Shown: piece by piece, positions 30,769-40,875 of the stretch
Position numbering within the stretch: position 1 is the stretch's first letter
Layout of the letters: each line of letters opens with the position of its first letter
DNA from: a virus
Length of the DNA: 64,000 bases
Reading direction: 5' to 3' (one strand)
Virus record (IMG/VR): IMGVR_UViG_3300027736_000026
Span: 32,001 to 96,000 of that record
Translations under genes and position numbers: made by a program
The notes under the pieces: model-generated
Told to the model about the DNA's origin: nothing
Databases searched by the model: none
The model's input: only the letters and a program-made list of their open reading frames with translations

Positions 30769-31820
30769 TAAGTTTGATTCAGATCAGAAATTACCATGTC
30801 TTTTACTAATTGATGAAAAGACCATTTTGGCCTCCATCCTAATTCTAGGCGAGCTTTGGAAGAGTCTCCAAGTAAAAGCTCTACCTCTGCTGGGCGAAAG
30901 AATTTTGGATCAATTTTAACCAGAACAGAGGAGTTGACTTCGTTCTTGATGGCGTATTCAGTCGAGAAGGAATATTCTTCACTCGTCCCATGACCATGCC
31001 AAAACCCTTCTACACCAACTTCTTTAAATGCTAGCTCAACGAATTCTCTAATCGTATGAGCTTCATTACTAGAAAGGACATACTCATTTGGATGTTCTTG
31101 GTTAAGCATCTTCCATACTCCATCAACGAAATCAATAGCATGACTCCAGTCTCTTTTTGCGTCAACATTACCTAGATGAATAGGTTCGAAAGAATCTCCA
31201 TTTTTAATAGCTTTAAATATCTTTGCTACTCCTTTAGTAATTTTTCGCGTAACAAATTCTTCTCCTCTTCTTGGGGATTCGTGATTAAAAAGTTGGCCTT
31301 GAATGGCAAACAAATTATATGATTCTCGATACACCTTCATAATGTGCCTTGCGGCGCATTTTGCTGCTCCATAAGGAGACCTTGGGGAAAGCGGATGCTT
31401 CTCGTCTTGAGGTATATACTTGACATCTCCAAACTCTTCTGAGCTTCCAGCGTTGTAAAATCTGCACTTAGGAGAGTGCTTTCGCACGGCCTCAAGACAT
31501 CTTAGCACTCCCATTGCGTCAACGTCAAATGTTTGTTCAGGAATTTGCCAGCTTGAGCCAACAAAAGATTGAGCCGCGAAATTAATAAAGTAATCGGGCT
31601 TTACGTCCCTTACTACATTATCAATAGATTGAGAATCTGAGAGATCAATAGTGACAAGACTGAATCTTTTATTATCTAAGTGATTAGAAAAATTAGAATA
31701 GTTTGGCTTAGAGAGTCTTCTCACTGCGCCAAAAATATTATAATTAGTATTCTCAAGTAAATAATCTGCCATGTAAGATCCATCTTGCCCAGAAATTCCT
31801 GTGATTATTACGTTTTTCAT
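30768..31820 (-). CDS. gmd: GDP-mannose 4,6-dehydratase
   Basis: ITGISGQDGSY, AAQSFV, SSEEFG, PRSPYGAAK, NHESPRRG..FVTRKI, RPAEV. Confidence 0.95.
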   Translation of the reverse strand: MKNVIITGISGQDGSYMADYLLENTNYNIFGAVRRLSKPNYSNFSNHLDNKRFSLVTIDLSDSQSIDNVVRDVKPDYFINFAAQSFVGSSWQIPEQTFDVDAMGVLRCLEAVRKHSPKCRFYNAGSSEEFGDVKYIPQDEKHPLSPRSPYGAAKCAARHIMKVYRESYNLFAIQGQLFNHESPRRGEEFVTRKITKGVAKIFKAIKNGDSFEPIHLGNVDAKRDWSHAIDFVDGVWKMLNQEHPNEYVLSSNEAHTIREFVELAFKEVGVEGFWHGHGTSEEYSFSTEYAIKNEVNSSVLVKIDPKFFRPAEVELLLGDSSKARLELGWRPKWSFHQLVKDMVISDLNQT

Positions 31821-32182
31821 GTTTTGAATTCGGTTATTCTATTAGAAAAAAATTTGTTTTGTAAATTAATCTTCATTTGATACCTTACAAAATTAGTTTT
31901 ATCTAATTCTTTTGATGTAATTTTATTATTTCTAGCAAGCTCAACAGCATCAAAAGTTTTTTTATTAGCATCGACCATGTCTCTATACTCTTGCGAATTG
32001 ATTATTAAAGCGAATAAATTGTTTGGTAATTGAGCTTTTAAATAATTAAAACAATTATGCCAACTTTGCATAGCTTGATCGGAGTGATTCTTTTTTATCT
32101 CAAGTATGCTTAAAAAATCAAAAGCATATGCTTCATCTACGCAAATATTAATCATTTTACTTTTGTAGCTTTTCCCAATCAA
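31817..32182 (-). CDS. DUF6165-like small protein (often beside glycosyltransferases)
   Basis: AFDFLSILEIK..N..R..K..EFKT pattern. Confidence 0.55.
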   Translation of the reverse strand: MIGKSYKSKMINICVDEAYAFDFLSILEIKKNHSDQAMQSWHNCFNYLKAQLPNNLFALIINSQEYRDMVDANKKTFDAVELARNNKITSKELDKTNFVRYQMKINLQNKFFSNRITEFKT

Positions 32183-32945
32183 TAAATGGTGGGATAAAAG
32201 GATTCACAACATGACAACTCAAAGAGCGTATAGGGGTCCAAAATTCTGTATTGAACTTTTGTTTTATTTCGTGACAAAGAGAACAATCGGAATATCCAGT
32301 TTTCCAATATGGGTTAAAATCTCTCATGAAAAGATTAGCAGGAACGATGCTTGAAGTTAAACAATTAGGGACACTTCTCCAATGGCAGTAAGAACTTAAT
32401 CTTATCTTGGAAGTTAAGTTTTTATACATTCCTAGATTAGTTCCATACTCGTCTATGGTTTCTTTTTCATCGATAAAATAATATTTATCTCCATAATCGC
32501 ATAAACAAACCCAAAAATTATCATGACCGATATAGTTTATAATGTAGTCTAATGCAATTTCAGTCCAATTGGGAACATGCAAAAAATCGTCATCTACAAT
32601 ATAAACTAAATCTGTTGAAGATAAATTGTCATTATAAATGACTTCCGCTGCGGCAGCAATACTCCTACTCCAAGCTATGTCTTCATTTGTCTTTCCAATC
32701 CACCTTTCCCTATCTGTGTCTATAAATTTAACCTTAAAAGGGTATTGGGTTTCATATTTTTTTATAAAATAAGAATCATAATCTTCTTCTTTTTCAAAAA
32801 TAACTGTCAGGTCACAGTATTTAAAATTAGTTGTTTTTAAAAGATTAACAAAACAGTTTTCATAAGAGAACCAATTTGGCCTTAAGTTGTTTTTTTTGTT
32901 TCTGCTAAAATGACGGTTGTATATTTTAATTTTATTATATCTCAT
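32157..32945 (-). CDS. GT-A fold glycosyltransferase
   Basis: LVYIVDDDFLH DxD motif, DYGDKY, C-terminal SCH. Confidence 0.65.
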   Translation of the reverse strand: MRYNKIKIYNRHFSRNKKNNLRPNWFSYENCFVNLLKTTNFKYCDLTVIFEKEEDYDSYFIKKYETQYPFKVKFIDTDRERWIGKTNEDIAWSRSIAAAAEVIYNDNLSSTDLVYIVDDDFLHVPNWTEIALDYIINYIGHDNFWVCLCDYGDKYYFIDEKETIDEYGTNLGMYKNLTSKIRLSSYCHWRSVPNCLTSSIVPANLFMRDFNPYWKTGYSDCSLCHEIKQKFNTEFWTPIRSLSCHVVNPFIPPFIDWEKLQK

Positions 32946-33751
32946 ACTGTTTGTTTAGTGATCCCGTTAAAATAGTGAAACCCAAAACTAGTTTTATTAT
33001 TATAGTCCTTTTCGTCTAAAGGATCAATTGAAAATATCTTTGCTTCTTCTACGGATGGGCTATTAAAAAAATGATTAGCTATAGTAGCAAAAAATAAATC
33101 TTCTGGAGGTTTTTTGTTTTCAGTATGCCTTTCTCTAAGGTGAAATTTAGAAAACCGTTTTGATGCTTCTCTGCAAAAATCAGTGTTTCTATAACTGAAT
33201 CCGCCATTGCCTATTCTTGTATTTTTAAAAAACGGGAGCCACTCATTATTTGAATTTAAGATATCAATAGATGGAGAATGTAGCCAAGGCGAGCCAATAT
33301 AAGCAAATTTTTTATTTAGCACATACTTTTCGTAACCTCCCTTCATAAGCATACCGTCTGAATGGATGGTAATAATATGTTTAATGTTCTCAGGGATTAA
33401 AAAATACAGATCTTTAATGCTAAAATCAGAATACTCATCATGCGAAAGTACTGGAATCTTTTTTATTATTATATTATATTTTTTAATTAGATCTTCTTCG
33501 CCATTTAAAAAATTGTTTGTATTGTTGACAAAAACGTATATCGGATAAGAGTACTCAGAAAATACATGAAAAGAATGAAAAGAAGCAAAGTCTTCTAAAG
33601 TGTTAATTTCTCTATTCCTTCCATCAACAAAAACTCCAGCAAACTCGGTGCTTTTATCGGCATCAGGCTTATCTTTTTTCAATATATCATAACAAACATA
33701 TTTTATAAAATCAATATCCTGACTACTCCTTTTATTGTGCAGTAAGTCCAT
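32942..33751 (-). CDS. DUF5672 family (GT-A-like) protein
   Basis: HSDG, YIGSPW, GNGGFSYR, PEDLFF, FGFH. Confidence 0.8.
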   Translation of the reverse strand: MDLLHNKRSSQDIDFIKYVCYDILKKDKPDADKSTEFAGVFVDGRNREINTLEDFASFHSFHVFSEYSYPIYVFVNNTNNFLNGEEDLIKKYNIIIKKIPVLSHDEYSDFSIKDLYFLIPENIKHIITIHSDGMLMKGGYEKYVLNKKFAYIGSPWLHSPSIDILNSNNEWLPFFKNTRIGNGGFSYRNTDFCREASKRFSKFHLRERHTENKKPPEDLFFATIANHFFNSPSVEEAKIFSIDPLDEKDYNNKTSFGFHYFNGITKQTV

Positions 33752-33775
33752 TAGTTTTAAAATTAATTAAAATTG

Positions 33776-34285
33776 TTACAAGTCTTTAAGTTTTCCAAGA
33801 ATAACATTTGCTTGTACGATTTCAAATAGCTTTATTCCCATTTTATCGCAAGCTTCTGAAACTCCATATCTAGTATGACAACCCTCAGAGTCATGAAATA
33901 AGAAGATGGTTTCTGGCTTGGCGCATCCATAAATTATTAATTTTTGAATATCAGAAAAAACATGCGAGTACCAATGCGATCCATCAACGAGGATAACGTC
34001 GTTTCTATTATCATGAAAGTTTTGAAAAAGATTATCGTCTTTAGTAGTATCTCCAATCCTTAAATCCCAAAACTTTTTGTCATATTTATTTAATACTTCT
34101 AACCCGTCTTTAGGCGGACTCATGTCTATCGCAGTATATTTTCCTTTCTGTTTCTCTGTTAAATATTTTAGACATACATCAGCAGTCCATCCGGGGCCAA
34201 GTCCTATTTCTAATATGTGATTCGCATCTGTTTGCCTAATAATGCCTTCTGCGATATATTTATATGAGATAAAATTTTCTTTCAT
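33776..34285 (-). CDS. Class I SAM-dependent methyltransferase (Methyltransf_24-like)
   Basis: ILEIGLGPG, VDGSH, FHD. Confidence 0.8.
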   Translation of the reverse strand: MKENFISYKYIAEGIIRQTDANHILEIGLGPGWTADVCLKYLTEKQKGKYTAIDMSPPKDGLEVLNKYDKKFWDLRIGDTTKDDNLFQNFHDNRNDVILVDGSHWYSHVFSDIQKLIIYGCAKPETIFLFHDSEGCHTRYGVSEACDKMGIKLFEIVQANVILGKLKDL

Positions 34286-34311
34286 AAGTTGTTGTGGATT
34301 AATTTTTTTGA

Positions 34312-34923
34312 TTAAATATTTTTATATAAAAGCCAAGAAGCATTTACTTGGTAAACTTTTTCAATTTTATTTTTTGAACGAAATTCTTTTAAAGCTTTTT
34401 GAACGCCTTCACCAATCAAGTCGTGTCCGGCAAAAATTCCTCCAGATTTAACTTTTGGATACCAAGCGTTTAAATCTTTAAGAACTGATTCGTAAGAATG
34501 CCCTGCATCTATAAAAACAAAAGAGCAACTATTATCTTTAAATTGATCGGCTGCACTCCAAGAATAAGACTGTATCGCTTTCGTTAAATTGCGACCACCG
34601 GGACAATATTTAATATTATCCATGAAGTAATTATAAAACGCTGCCTCTCCAAGTCTTTTACTAAAGTCTATGTATTTTTCTCCCCAAGGCATTTCTGCTG
34701 TAACGTGAAATTGGTCATCTTTTGTCAAGTCCCAAGTGTCTACGGCATAAAATTGTAATTTTTTATTAGACTTTTCTATTTCGTCTAGAATGTAACTCGT
34801 AGACTTTCCTAAAAAACAACCAACTTCTACTAGAATGTCATTTTCTTGAGCTTTGTTTACTACTTCAGTATAGATATCTTGAAAATCAAACCATCCAGCG
34901 ATATGTTCGTAATATTTTGACAT
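34312..34923 (-). CDS. Class I SAM-dependent methyltransferase (Methyltransf_24-like)
   Basis: GWF, VEVGCFLGKS, VDTW, FIDAGHSY, GGIFAGHD; probable start MSKYY. Confidence 0.85.
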   Translation of the reverse strand: MSKYYEHIAGWFDFQDIYTEVVNKAQENDILVEVGCFLGKSTSYILDEIEKSNKKLQFYAVDTWDLTKDDQFHVTAEMPWGEKYIDFSKRLGEAAFYNYFMDNIKYCPGGRNLTKAIQSYSWSAADQFKDNSCSFVFIDAGHSYESVLKDLNAWYPKVKSGGIFAGHDLIGEGVQKALKEFRSKNKIEKVYQVNASWLLYKNI

Positions 34924-34959
34924 TACTATATGATACAATATTAGCGTATAAAAATCAAA

Positions 34960-35724
34960 TCACTTTTCCCTATTGATTGCAGGTTTTTCTAGATTATTTT
35001 TAATATAGAAATCTTCATTAAATTCTAATTGTTTTTTTCCATAGTCCCACAAGTATCCGCAATGCCCAAAATGCTTGATTTGATATTCATATTTTAATTT
35101 TCCATTTTCATGCAGCCAAGTTAAATGCTTGATGTGAGCGACTTCTTTTGGGATAGTTAAATTATTTAATGATTTATAATTAAAAGCTTTATGGTTTATG
35201 TCTTCATATACTAGATCATTGTCCCAATAAAATTTATCTACATTAAGCACATCTGATTTTACCCTAAATATCCTTGGCGGACAGAAACCATCAATCCACT
35301 GTTTGCCATCGAAGATATAATTTTTAAAATTAATACTGTACCAATAGTAATTTGAATTATTATTGATGAAATTTATTATATTTTTAATGTCTTCTGCGGA
35401 ATAAAATTCGTCTCCATCCACCATCCAAATAGCATCGCAATTTGCATTTTTTAAATATTGCAAACAGAGATCTCTAGCCTTGTGTTCTTGAATATGGGTA
35501 GGCTCAGTAAAAACTTTGTCTATTGATTTTTCTTCGCTCAAACTAATTAAAAAATCTGTAGTCTCATCTTTAGTTTGATTTAAATCAGAATATTCTGCAA
35601 AGGGTATTGATACAGATGAAATTTTACTTATGAGACCATTTTGTTTAGCTTCTATAAATGCAGATAAGCTATCTCTTACATAAGAAAAACAATTATACGC
35701 ACAGTATATAATACCAATTTTCAT
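34960..35724 (-). CDS. GT2-like glycosyltransferase
   Basis: IIYCAYN, R..C, WMVDGDEFY, RIFR, IKH. Confidence 0.75.
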   Translation of the reverse strand: MKIGIIYCAYNCFSYVRDSLSAFIEAKQNGLISKISSVSIPFAEYSDLNQTKDETTDFLISLSEEKSIDKVFTEPTHIQEHKARDLCLQYLKNANCDAIWMVDGDEFYSAEDIKNIINFINNNSNYYWYSINFKNYIFDGKQWIDGFCPPRIFRVKSDVLNVDKFYWDNDLVYEDINHKAFNYKSLNNLTIPKEVAHIKHLTWLHENGKLKYEYQIKHFGHCGYLWDYGKKQLEFNEDFYIKNNLEKPAINREK

Positions 35725-35727
35725 AAA

Positions 35728-36681
35728 TTAATCGTTTTTTATGTTGAATTGTTTATTGTATTTTAAGATAGTCCCTTGATAATTTTTCAGGAAACCTGAT
35801 CCTCCAGCCAGATAGTCTTTAAAAGAAAATGTATATCTTAATTGGCTTCCGTCTGGTTGATAGTTAACTACTTCTTTCATGAAATCTTGACCTAAAACTT
35901 CTATTTGAAATAATTCGCTTAATCTAAATTCAAGTTCGACCATCTCTACAAAATATTGATCTGGGGTAACTTCTTTGTCTTTAATTTTCATCATGTACTT
36001 TACCATATCGTCCAAAGTAGATATGTCTAAATTAAGATTATTCTTGCAATACGCTTGAAATTTTCTTCTAAGAGTTTCATGATGATTTACGACTTCTTGA
36101 CCGTATTTTGCGTAGACCAATTGGATGTCATTGCCTAAAGGATAACAAAGATAATATTTCGTTCCATTTATTGAGCCAAAGAATTTAGGGGTTTCTTTTC
36201 TCCTGTTGATAATATATTTATCTTTATCTGGTATAGTTACTATTTGGCCTTCTACATTTTTTAATCCCCAATGAACTGCTCCGACAAATTCCATGTGTGG
36301 ATTGTATTTAAACACATAAGGTCTATCGTCCCAATAAAGTGCCCCGATCCCTTTTTCCTCAAACGAATGCAAAAGAACTGGTAGTTCTTGTATAAATTTA
36401 TCCGTCATCGATTCTGGAGAATCTAAATAAACACAATATTGCCCATCTTTAATACCTCCATAGCAAAGTAAATGATTCATTAGGAATCCATGATTAGGAG
36501 TCCAATTTTGAGTTATTACTTTTCCATTACCTTTATTCGCTTCTAGCAACTCTATCGTTCCATCGTTAGACGGCAAGTTAACCAATGCTATTACTCCATC
36601 AAAAGTTGGATAAATATTTTTTAACATCAAAGAGATATGCTCTTTGCGTTCTTGGGTCATCGTTAGTAGCAAAGGTTTCAT
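35728..36681 (-). CDS. GT2-like glycosyltransferase (degenerate DxD)
   Basis: SNDGTIELL, YLDSPE, F.GAVHWGL. Confidence 0.6.
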   Translation of the reverse strand: MKPLLLTMTQERKEHISLMLKNIYPTFDGVIALVNLPSNDGTIELLEANKGNGKVITQNWTPNHGFLMNHLLCYGGIKDGQYCVYLDSPESMTDKFIQELPVLLHSFEEKGIGALYWDDRPYVFKYNPHMEFVGAVHWGLKNVEGQIVTIPDKDKYIINRRKETPKFFGSINGTKYYLCYPLGNDIQLVYAKYGQEVVNHHETLRRKFQAYCKNNLNLDISTLDDMVKYMMKIKDKEVTPDQYFVEMVELEFRLSELFQIEVLGQDFMKEVVNYQPDGSQLRYTFSFKDYLAGGSGFLKNYQGTILKYNKQFNIKND

Positions 36682-37553
36682 GATTTATTTTTTTTATATA
36701 TATCGACTATACTTTGAGCGACAGTGGTTTTATTCATTAACAATTTGTATTTTTCTGCGTATTCTAATGAAATTTTTTGAAATTTTGTATAGTCTTTATT
36801 GATTTCAATCAGTTTAGCCATAAAGGATTTTGGATCTGGGTCGCATATAAACTCTTGAGGGCATAACTCTACTGCGGTCAAATTATCTCTGCAAGTAATT
36901 GGAATTGACCCAGCGATCATAGCTTCTATCATTGGCAGTCCTAAGCCTTCAAAACTAGATGGGAGCAATAAAAACTTAAAAGTGTTATAAGCTAAATTTA
37001 AATCTTCATCAGATAAAATCCCAGCATACACGCCAAATTTTGGATCTTCAGACCCGCAAATCATTAATCCTTTATGAAGTTCTTGATAATTTTTAAAAGA
37101 TTCTTTAATAAGAGAAAATCTTTTTCTGGGATCATTTGCTCTGCCGACATAAAGGAACGGCATACTTTTCGCAATTTTTGGATCATGAGCTACATCTTTC
37201 GTGGGATTGTAGATCACTGTTGAGTTTAAATTTAACTCATTTTTAATTTGTTCTTGTACAGTTCTTGAAATACAAGTAATTGCGTCGGCTTGAGATAGTT
37301 GCTCTTTTACTTTGTTTAAATTGTATGTTTGATTTCCAATCTGTAAATCTAAAACGTTTAGGATAATAAAAGGTTTCTTCTTTTGATTTTTAGAGTAGTT
37401 TAGAATATCGTCATACATATCGTTATTTGAATAAACAATATCCGGCGATTCTTCAACAAAAAAACACCCAATAGCTTTCAATCCTTGATCTATCCTTGAT
37501 ATCTGATCTAATGTTTGATTTCTCCAACCAAAAGTTTTAATTGTAAGATTCAT
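36678..37553 (-). CDS. GT4 glycosyltransferase
   Basis: YVGR..RK, PSSFEGLGLPMIEAMIAG. Confidence 0.85.
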   Translation of the reverse strand: MNLTIKTFGWRNQTLDQISRIDQGLKAIGCFFVEESPDIVYSNNDMYDDILNYSKNQKKKPFIILNVLDLQIGNQTYNLNKVKEQLSQADAITCISRTVQEQIKNELNLNSTVIYNPTKDVAHDPKIAKSMPFLYVGRANDPRKRFSLIKESFKNYQELHKGLMICGSEDPKFGVYAGILSDEDLNLAYNTFKFLLLPSSFEGLGLPMIEAMIAGSIPITCRDNLTAVELCPQEFICDPDPKSFMAKLIEINKDYTKFQKISLEYAEKYKLLMNKTTVAQSIVDIYKKNKS

Positions 37554-38371
37554 TATTTCAACAATTTATAAATTGAGTCTTTTATTAGCTCAAAATTTAT
37601 ATCTTTTATATTATAATGTTCCAAAGCAATTGCATTTGGATTTCTAGGAGTTCGGTTAATCAGTGGGGCGTAAACAGGATAAGATAGACAAGAGTATAAT
37701 GAAAGGACTTTTGCCTGATATCCAGACATAATATAATTCATTCCTGTATCTGCTGTCAATAAAAATTTGCAAGATAGAGCAATTTTAATATCATCAAAAA
37801 TTTCTCCTCCCAATGGCTCATAAGTCGTATTCAATCTTGGATGTTTTTTTAAACCTAGCTGAATAGTTTTAAGCCCCAAGGAGTGGATATATTCTATAAT
37901 TTTATTTGTAAAATCCATAGGTATATCTCTTATGGCTCCAGCGCTAGAAAATGATGTGATTGCTACGCAATCTTTATACTTCTCGTCCAAATCAAACCAT
38001 TTATTTAAATTAATTTGAAGATTTTTAGGAGGAGTTAAATTATGCATCAAACACACTGCTTCGGTATGATGATACTTTAAATACCAATCTTGGTATTTAT
38101 GTTCTGGCATTGGATTGAAAATAACATCAAACTGTTTTAATTCTAAGTATTTTCTATCATTTTCACTCGGCCAATTGTCGTAGTTCTCCCAAATTTTAAA
38201 ATCATCAATTAATTCATTGTATTTAAAAATTGGAAGTATTGATTCGTATTTTTTATTTATTCCAAATGTTAAATGAGAATCTGGGAACTTCTCTTTAAAA
38301 GCCCTGCAAGCAATTAAATTGATTACAAGATCGCCTATCTGACCTTGGTTAAACCCAATTGCTTTTATCAT
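37553..38371 (-). CDS. GT9 (heptosyltransferase-like) glycosyltransferase
   Basis: GQIGDL..FKEKFPDS, IQLG, LTADTG. Confidence 0.75.
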   Translation of the reverse strand: MIKAIGFNQGQIGDLVINLIACRAFKEKFPDSHLTFGINKKYESILPIFKYNELIDDFKIWENYDNWPSENDRKYLELKQFDVIFNPMPEHKYQDWYLKYHHTEAVCLMHNLTPPKNLQINLNKWFDLDEKYKDCVAITSFSSAGAIRDIPMDFTNKIIEYIHSLGLKTIQLGLKKHPRLNTTYEPLGGEIFDDIKIALSCKFLLTADTGMNYIMSGYQAKVLSLYSCLSYPVYAPLINRTPRNPNAIALEHYNIKDINFELIKDSIYKLLK

Positions 38372-38372
38372 A

Positions 38373-39611
38373 TTAAATTATAGTAATTTCTGGCAGTGGG
38401 AATAAAAATTTAACCCCTCTTTTAATTGTATCTGCTTCTCTTTTAAGAATCTCTTCTTTAAAATGATATGGCCCAACAAGATAAACATCAACTGTTTTCC
38501 TGCTTTCCTTTTCTGAAACCATAGGAATTCCGCTTATGGTTTTCGCTCCATATTTTTCTGGAGTTCTTTCGGCGGCACATTCAATAAGATCAGGGCCAAT
38601 GCCGCAGTAATTTAAAATCGTGTTTAATTTCGTTGACATCCCGTAGATGTGAACTTTCTTATTTTGAGTTTTTAGATCTTTAATAAGATTTGTTAAATCA
38701 GTCTTATGATCTAGAATCCTTTGTCTAAAAGAAGAATAGGTAGACGAATCCTCTAAAGCCATTTGAAATTCTTTAATTTTTAAGTTTATTAGAGAGTCTT
38801 TAAATGCTTCACTGCTAAACAAATTGTTTTCCGACTTCACAACCCACAACTGCAATGATCCTCCATTCGTGTCATTCTCTTCAGCTTTCAAAATCTTTAA
38901 GCCACATCTTTGGATGATGTTCTCAAAGGTAGCTATTGAGTATAGACATAAATGTTCATGAACCATTCCGTCATACGAAAGATTATTAAAAACGAAAGGT
39001 AAGTAAGCGAATTCTACAATCCAAATTCCATCATTATTTAAGTGATGTTTAATTTTATGGCAGAAACTTGTTGGATCTTCTATATCATAAAAACAAGCTA
39101 TTGAAGATATGATATCAAATTTTTCATTAGTAAGACTTGGAGTTGGAAAACAATCATTAATTGTAAAAATTCCATCTTTTTCAACTTCGTTGATAATGTT
39201 ACTGGGATCAATGCCTACTCTTTTAATATGCTTTGGATATTGTTTTAAAGTAAACAAATCGTTTGCACCGATATCTAGGACGCTATTTAAACTAACACCT
39301 TTGTGGCTAAAAAAATCTAATACATCATTAATTATTTTAGATAAGTGGTCCCTCATTGTTTGAGACACAGAGCTTCTGTATCCATAATTAGAATATAAAA
39401 TTTCTGGAGAAATAGATACCAAGTTTTGAACTAATCCGCATCCTCCAGTTTTGATGTCACAAATAACTATCGTTGAATCAATCGCTCTAGTTGGAGGAGT
39501 AGGTCTATTTGGATATACAAAAGATCCTTGAATAGTTTGCTGCCCTAAGTTTAAGATTTGCTCAAGCTTGAAATGTCCACAAGACCGGCAGGAATTTCTA
39601 TACTTTAGCAT
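38373..39611 (-). CDS. NDP-hexose C-methyltransferase (TcaB9/TylC3/NovU family)
   Basis: CRSC..C..CGLVQ zinc site, Y.YRS, LDIGAND, HEH..YS, NGGSL, K.G; probable start MLKYR. Confidence 0.88.
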   Translation of the reverse strand: MLKYRNSCRSCGHFKLEQILNLGQQTIQGSFVYPNRPTPPTRAIDSTIVICDIKTGGCGLVQNLVSISPEILYSNYGYRSSVSQTMRDHLSKIINDVLDFFSHKGVSLNSVLDIGANDLFTLKQYPKHIKRVGIDPSNIINEVEKDGIFTINDCFPTPSLTNEKFDIISSIACFYDIEDPTSFCHKIKHHLNNDGIWIVEFAYLPFVFNNLSYDGMVHEHLCLYSIATFENIIQRCGLKILKAEENDTNGGSLQLWVVKSENNLFSSEAFKDSLINLKIKEFQMALEDSSTYSSFRQRILDHKTDLTNLIKDLKTQNKKVHIYGMSTKLNTILNYCGIGPDLIECAAERTPEKYGAKTISGIPMVSEKESRKTVDVYLVGPYHFKEEILKREADTIKRGVKFLFPLPEITII

Positions 39612-39612
39612 A

Positions 39613-40242
39613 TTATTGTTTTGGGTGTAGGGCCAGAAATCCTTGAGCAATAGTAATTACTTGAGCGGTATGCGTATCTTTAAACATTTCAATAGATCTG
39701 TTTAAAATTTTTCTATACTCATCAGGAACAGCGTCTTTACCTAATCTACTAACGCTATCTTCGTATCTATCTAATTCATCGTACAACATGGCATCATCTA
39801 ACAAAATAAAGTCTTTCGCACCTTTATCTGTTCTTAATTCTTTGATGATCTTTAATTCGTTTAATGCGGGGAGCCTTACGTCTGGGTCTCCATCTGAATG
39901 TTTTGTTAAAGGTTTGTGACCTAGATTGTAATCACTATTTGCGAAATGACTATCTAACCAAAAGAATATTGGAGAGTCAAGAGGAATTCTCGGAAGCAGT
40001 CCGCGAAGCAATGTCGGCCCTTCTTCATTAAAAATATTAACTCTAGTGTCAAAAGAAAAAGTCCTAGCAGAGTGTTCGGCTAAATCTTTATCGATGTCAC
40101 AAGAGATAAGGAGGTTTTGCCCATATTCCGGCTGAATCATCCTCATCAATCCAGAACCAAGGCCGGTGCCCGTTTCAAAGAAAATTCTTGTGTTGTATTT
40201 AAAAATCCAAGGAATTGTTTGGATGTCTCTTAATGCGCTCAT
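39613..40242 (-). CDS. Class I SAM methyltransferase-like protein
   Basis: FFETGTGLG, FWLDSH, P..EL, ILLDD. Confidence 0.7.
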   Translation of the reverse strand: MSALRDIQTIPWIFKYNTRIFFETGTGLGSGLMRMIQPEYGQNLLISCDIDKDLAEHSARTFSFDTRVNIFNEEGPTLLRGLLPRIPLDSPIFFWLDSHFANSDYNLGHKPLTKHSDGDPDVRLPALNELKIIKELRTDKGAKDFILLDDAMLYDELDRYEDSVSRLGKDAVPDEYRKILNRSIEMFKDTHTAQVITIAQGFLALHPKQ

Positions 40243-40272
40243 CTTTTTATTATAATGTGTTTATAGTAAATA

Positions 40273-40863
40273 TCAATTTTTTTCTACAGTTTCGACCATC
40301 ATTCTCGCTTTGATTTGATCTCTTTTGTATAAAGCCATTTTGTGCCCAATTGGTGAAGGCCAAGTCATTTCAAGATGATTGGGATATTTTTGAGAAAGGA
40401 TTGTCCCTTTCGAAGAAAAATCATCAACGAATACTACCGAATTATTCAAATTCATTTTTTCAAAACATTTTATAGTAAGGATTGGATCATCGGAAACGTC
40501 TAAATAAATTAAACTGGTAGATTCATTATGATACATTTTTGCATCTAACACTTTTAATGCATCTCCAATTAGAAAATTAAGTTTTGGTTTAAGTTCGTTG
40601 AATTTTGGATGGGTTGAGAGCATGGTAACACAGTTTTCTACATTTTCTTTAACAAGATCTATCGTAGTAAATGAACCGCCATATTTGCTAATGTATTCAA
40701 GAAAATGAAAAGACGACCATCCGTCTCCCAGTCTTGCTCCAAAATGTCTAGCGCAACCAAGCTCTAATATATTTATTGGCTGTCTGTTAAAAAGACTTAA
40801 TGCATAATTGAAGTAAGCATCTCGATTTGATTGTTGATTTTTAAATTGTTCGTAAAAATTCAT
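40273..40863 (-). CDS. Class I SAM methyltransferase
   Basis: ILELGCAR, GWSS, TID, GDA, IYLD, VDD..KG. Confidence 0.75.
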   Translation of the reverse strand: MNFYEQFKNQQSNRDAYFNYALSLFNRQPINILELGCARHFGARLGDGWSSFHFLEYISKYGGSFTTIDLVKENVENCVTMLSTHPKFNELKPKLNFLIGDALKVLDAKMYHNESTSLIYLDVSDDPILTIKCFEKMNLNNSVVFVDDFSSKGTILSQKYPNHLEMTWPSPIGHKMALYKRDQIKARMMVETVEKN

Positions 40864-40875
40864 TATAGTATAATA

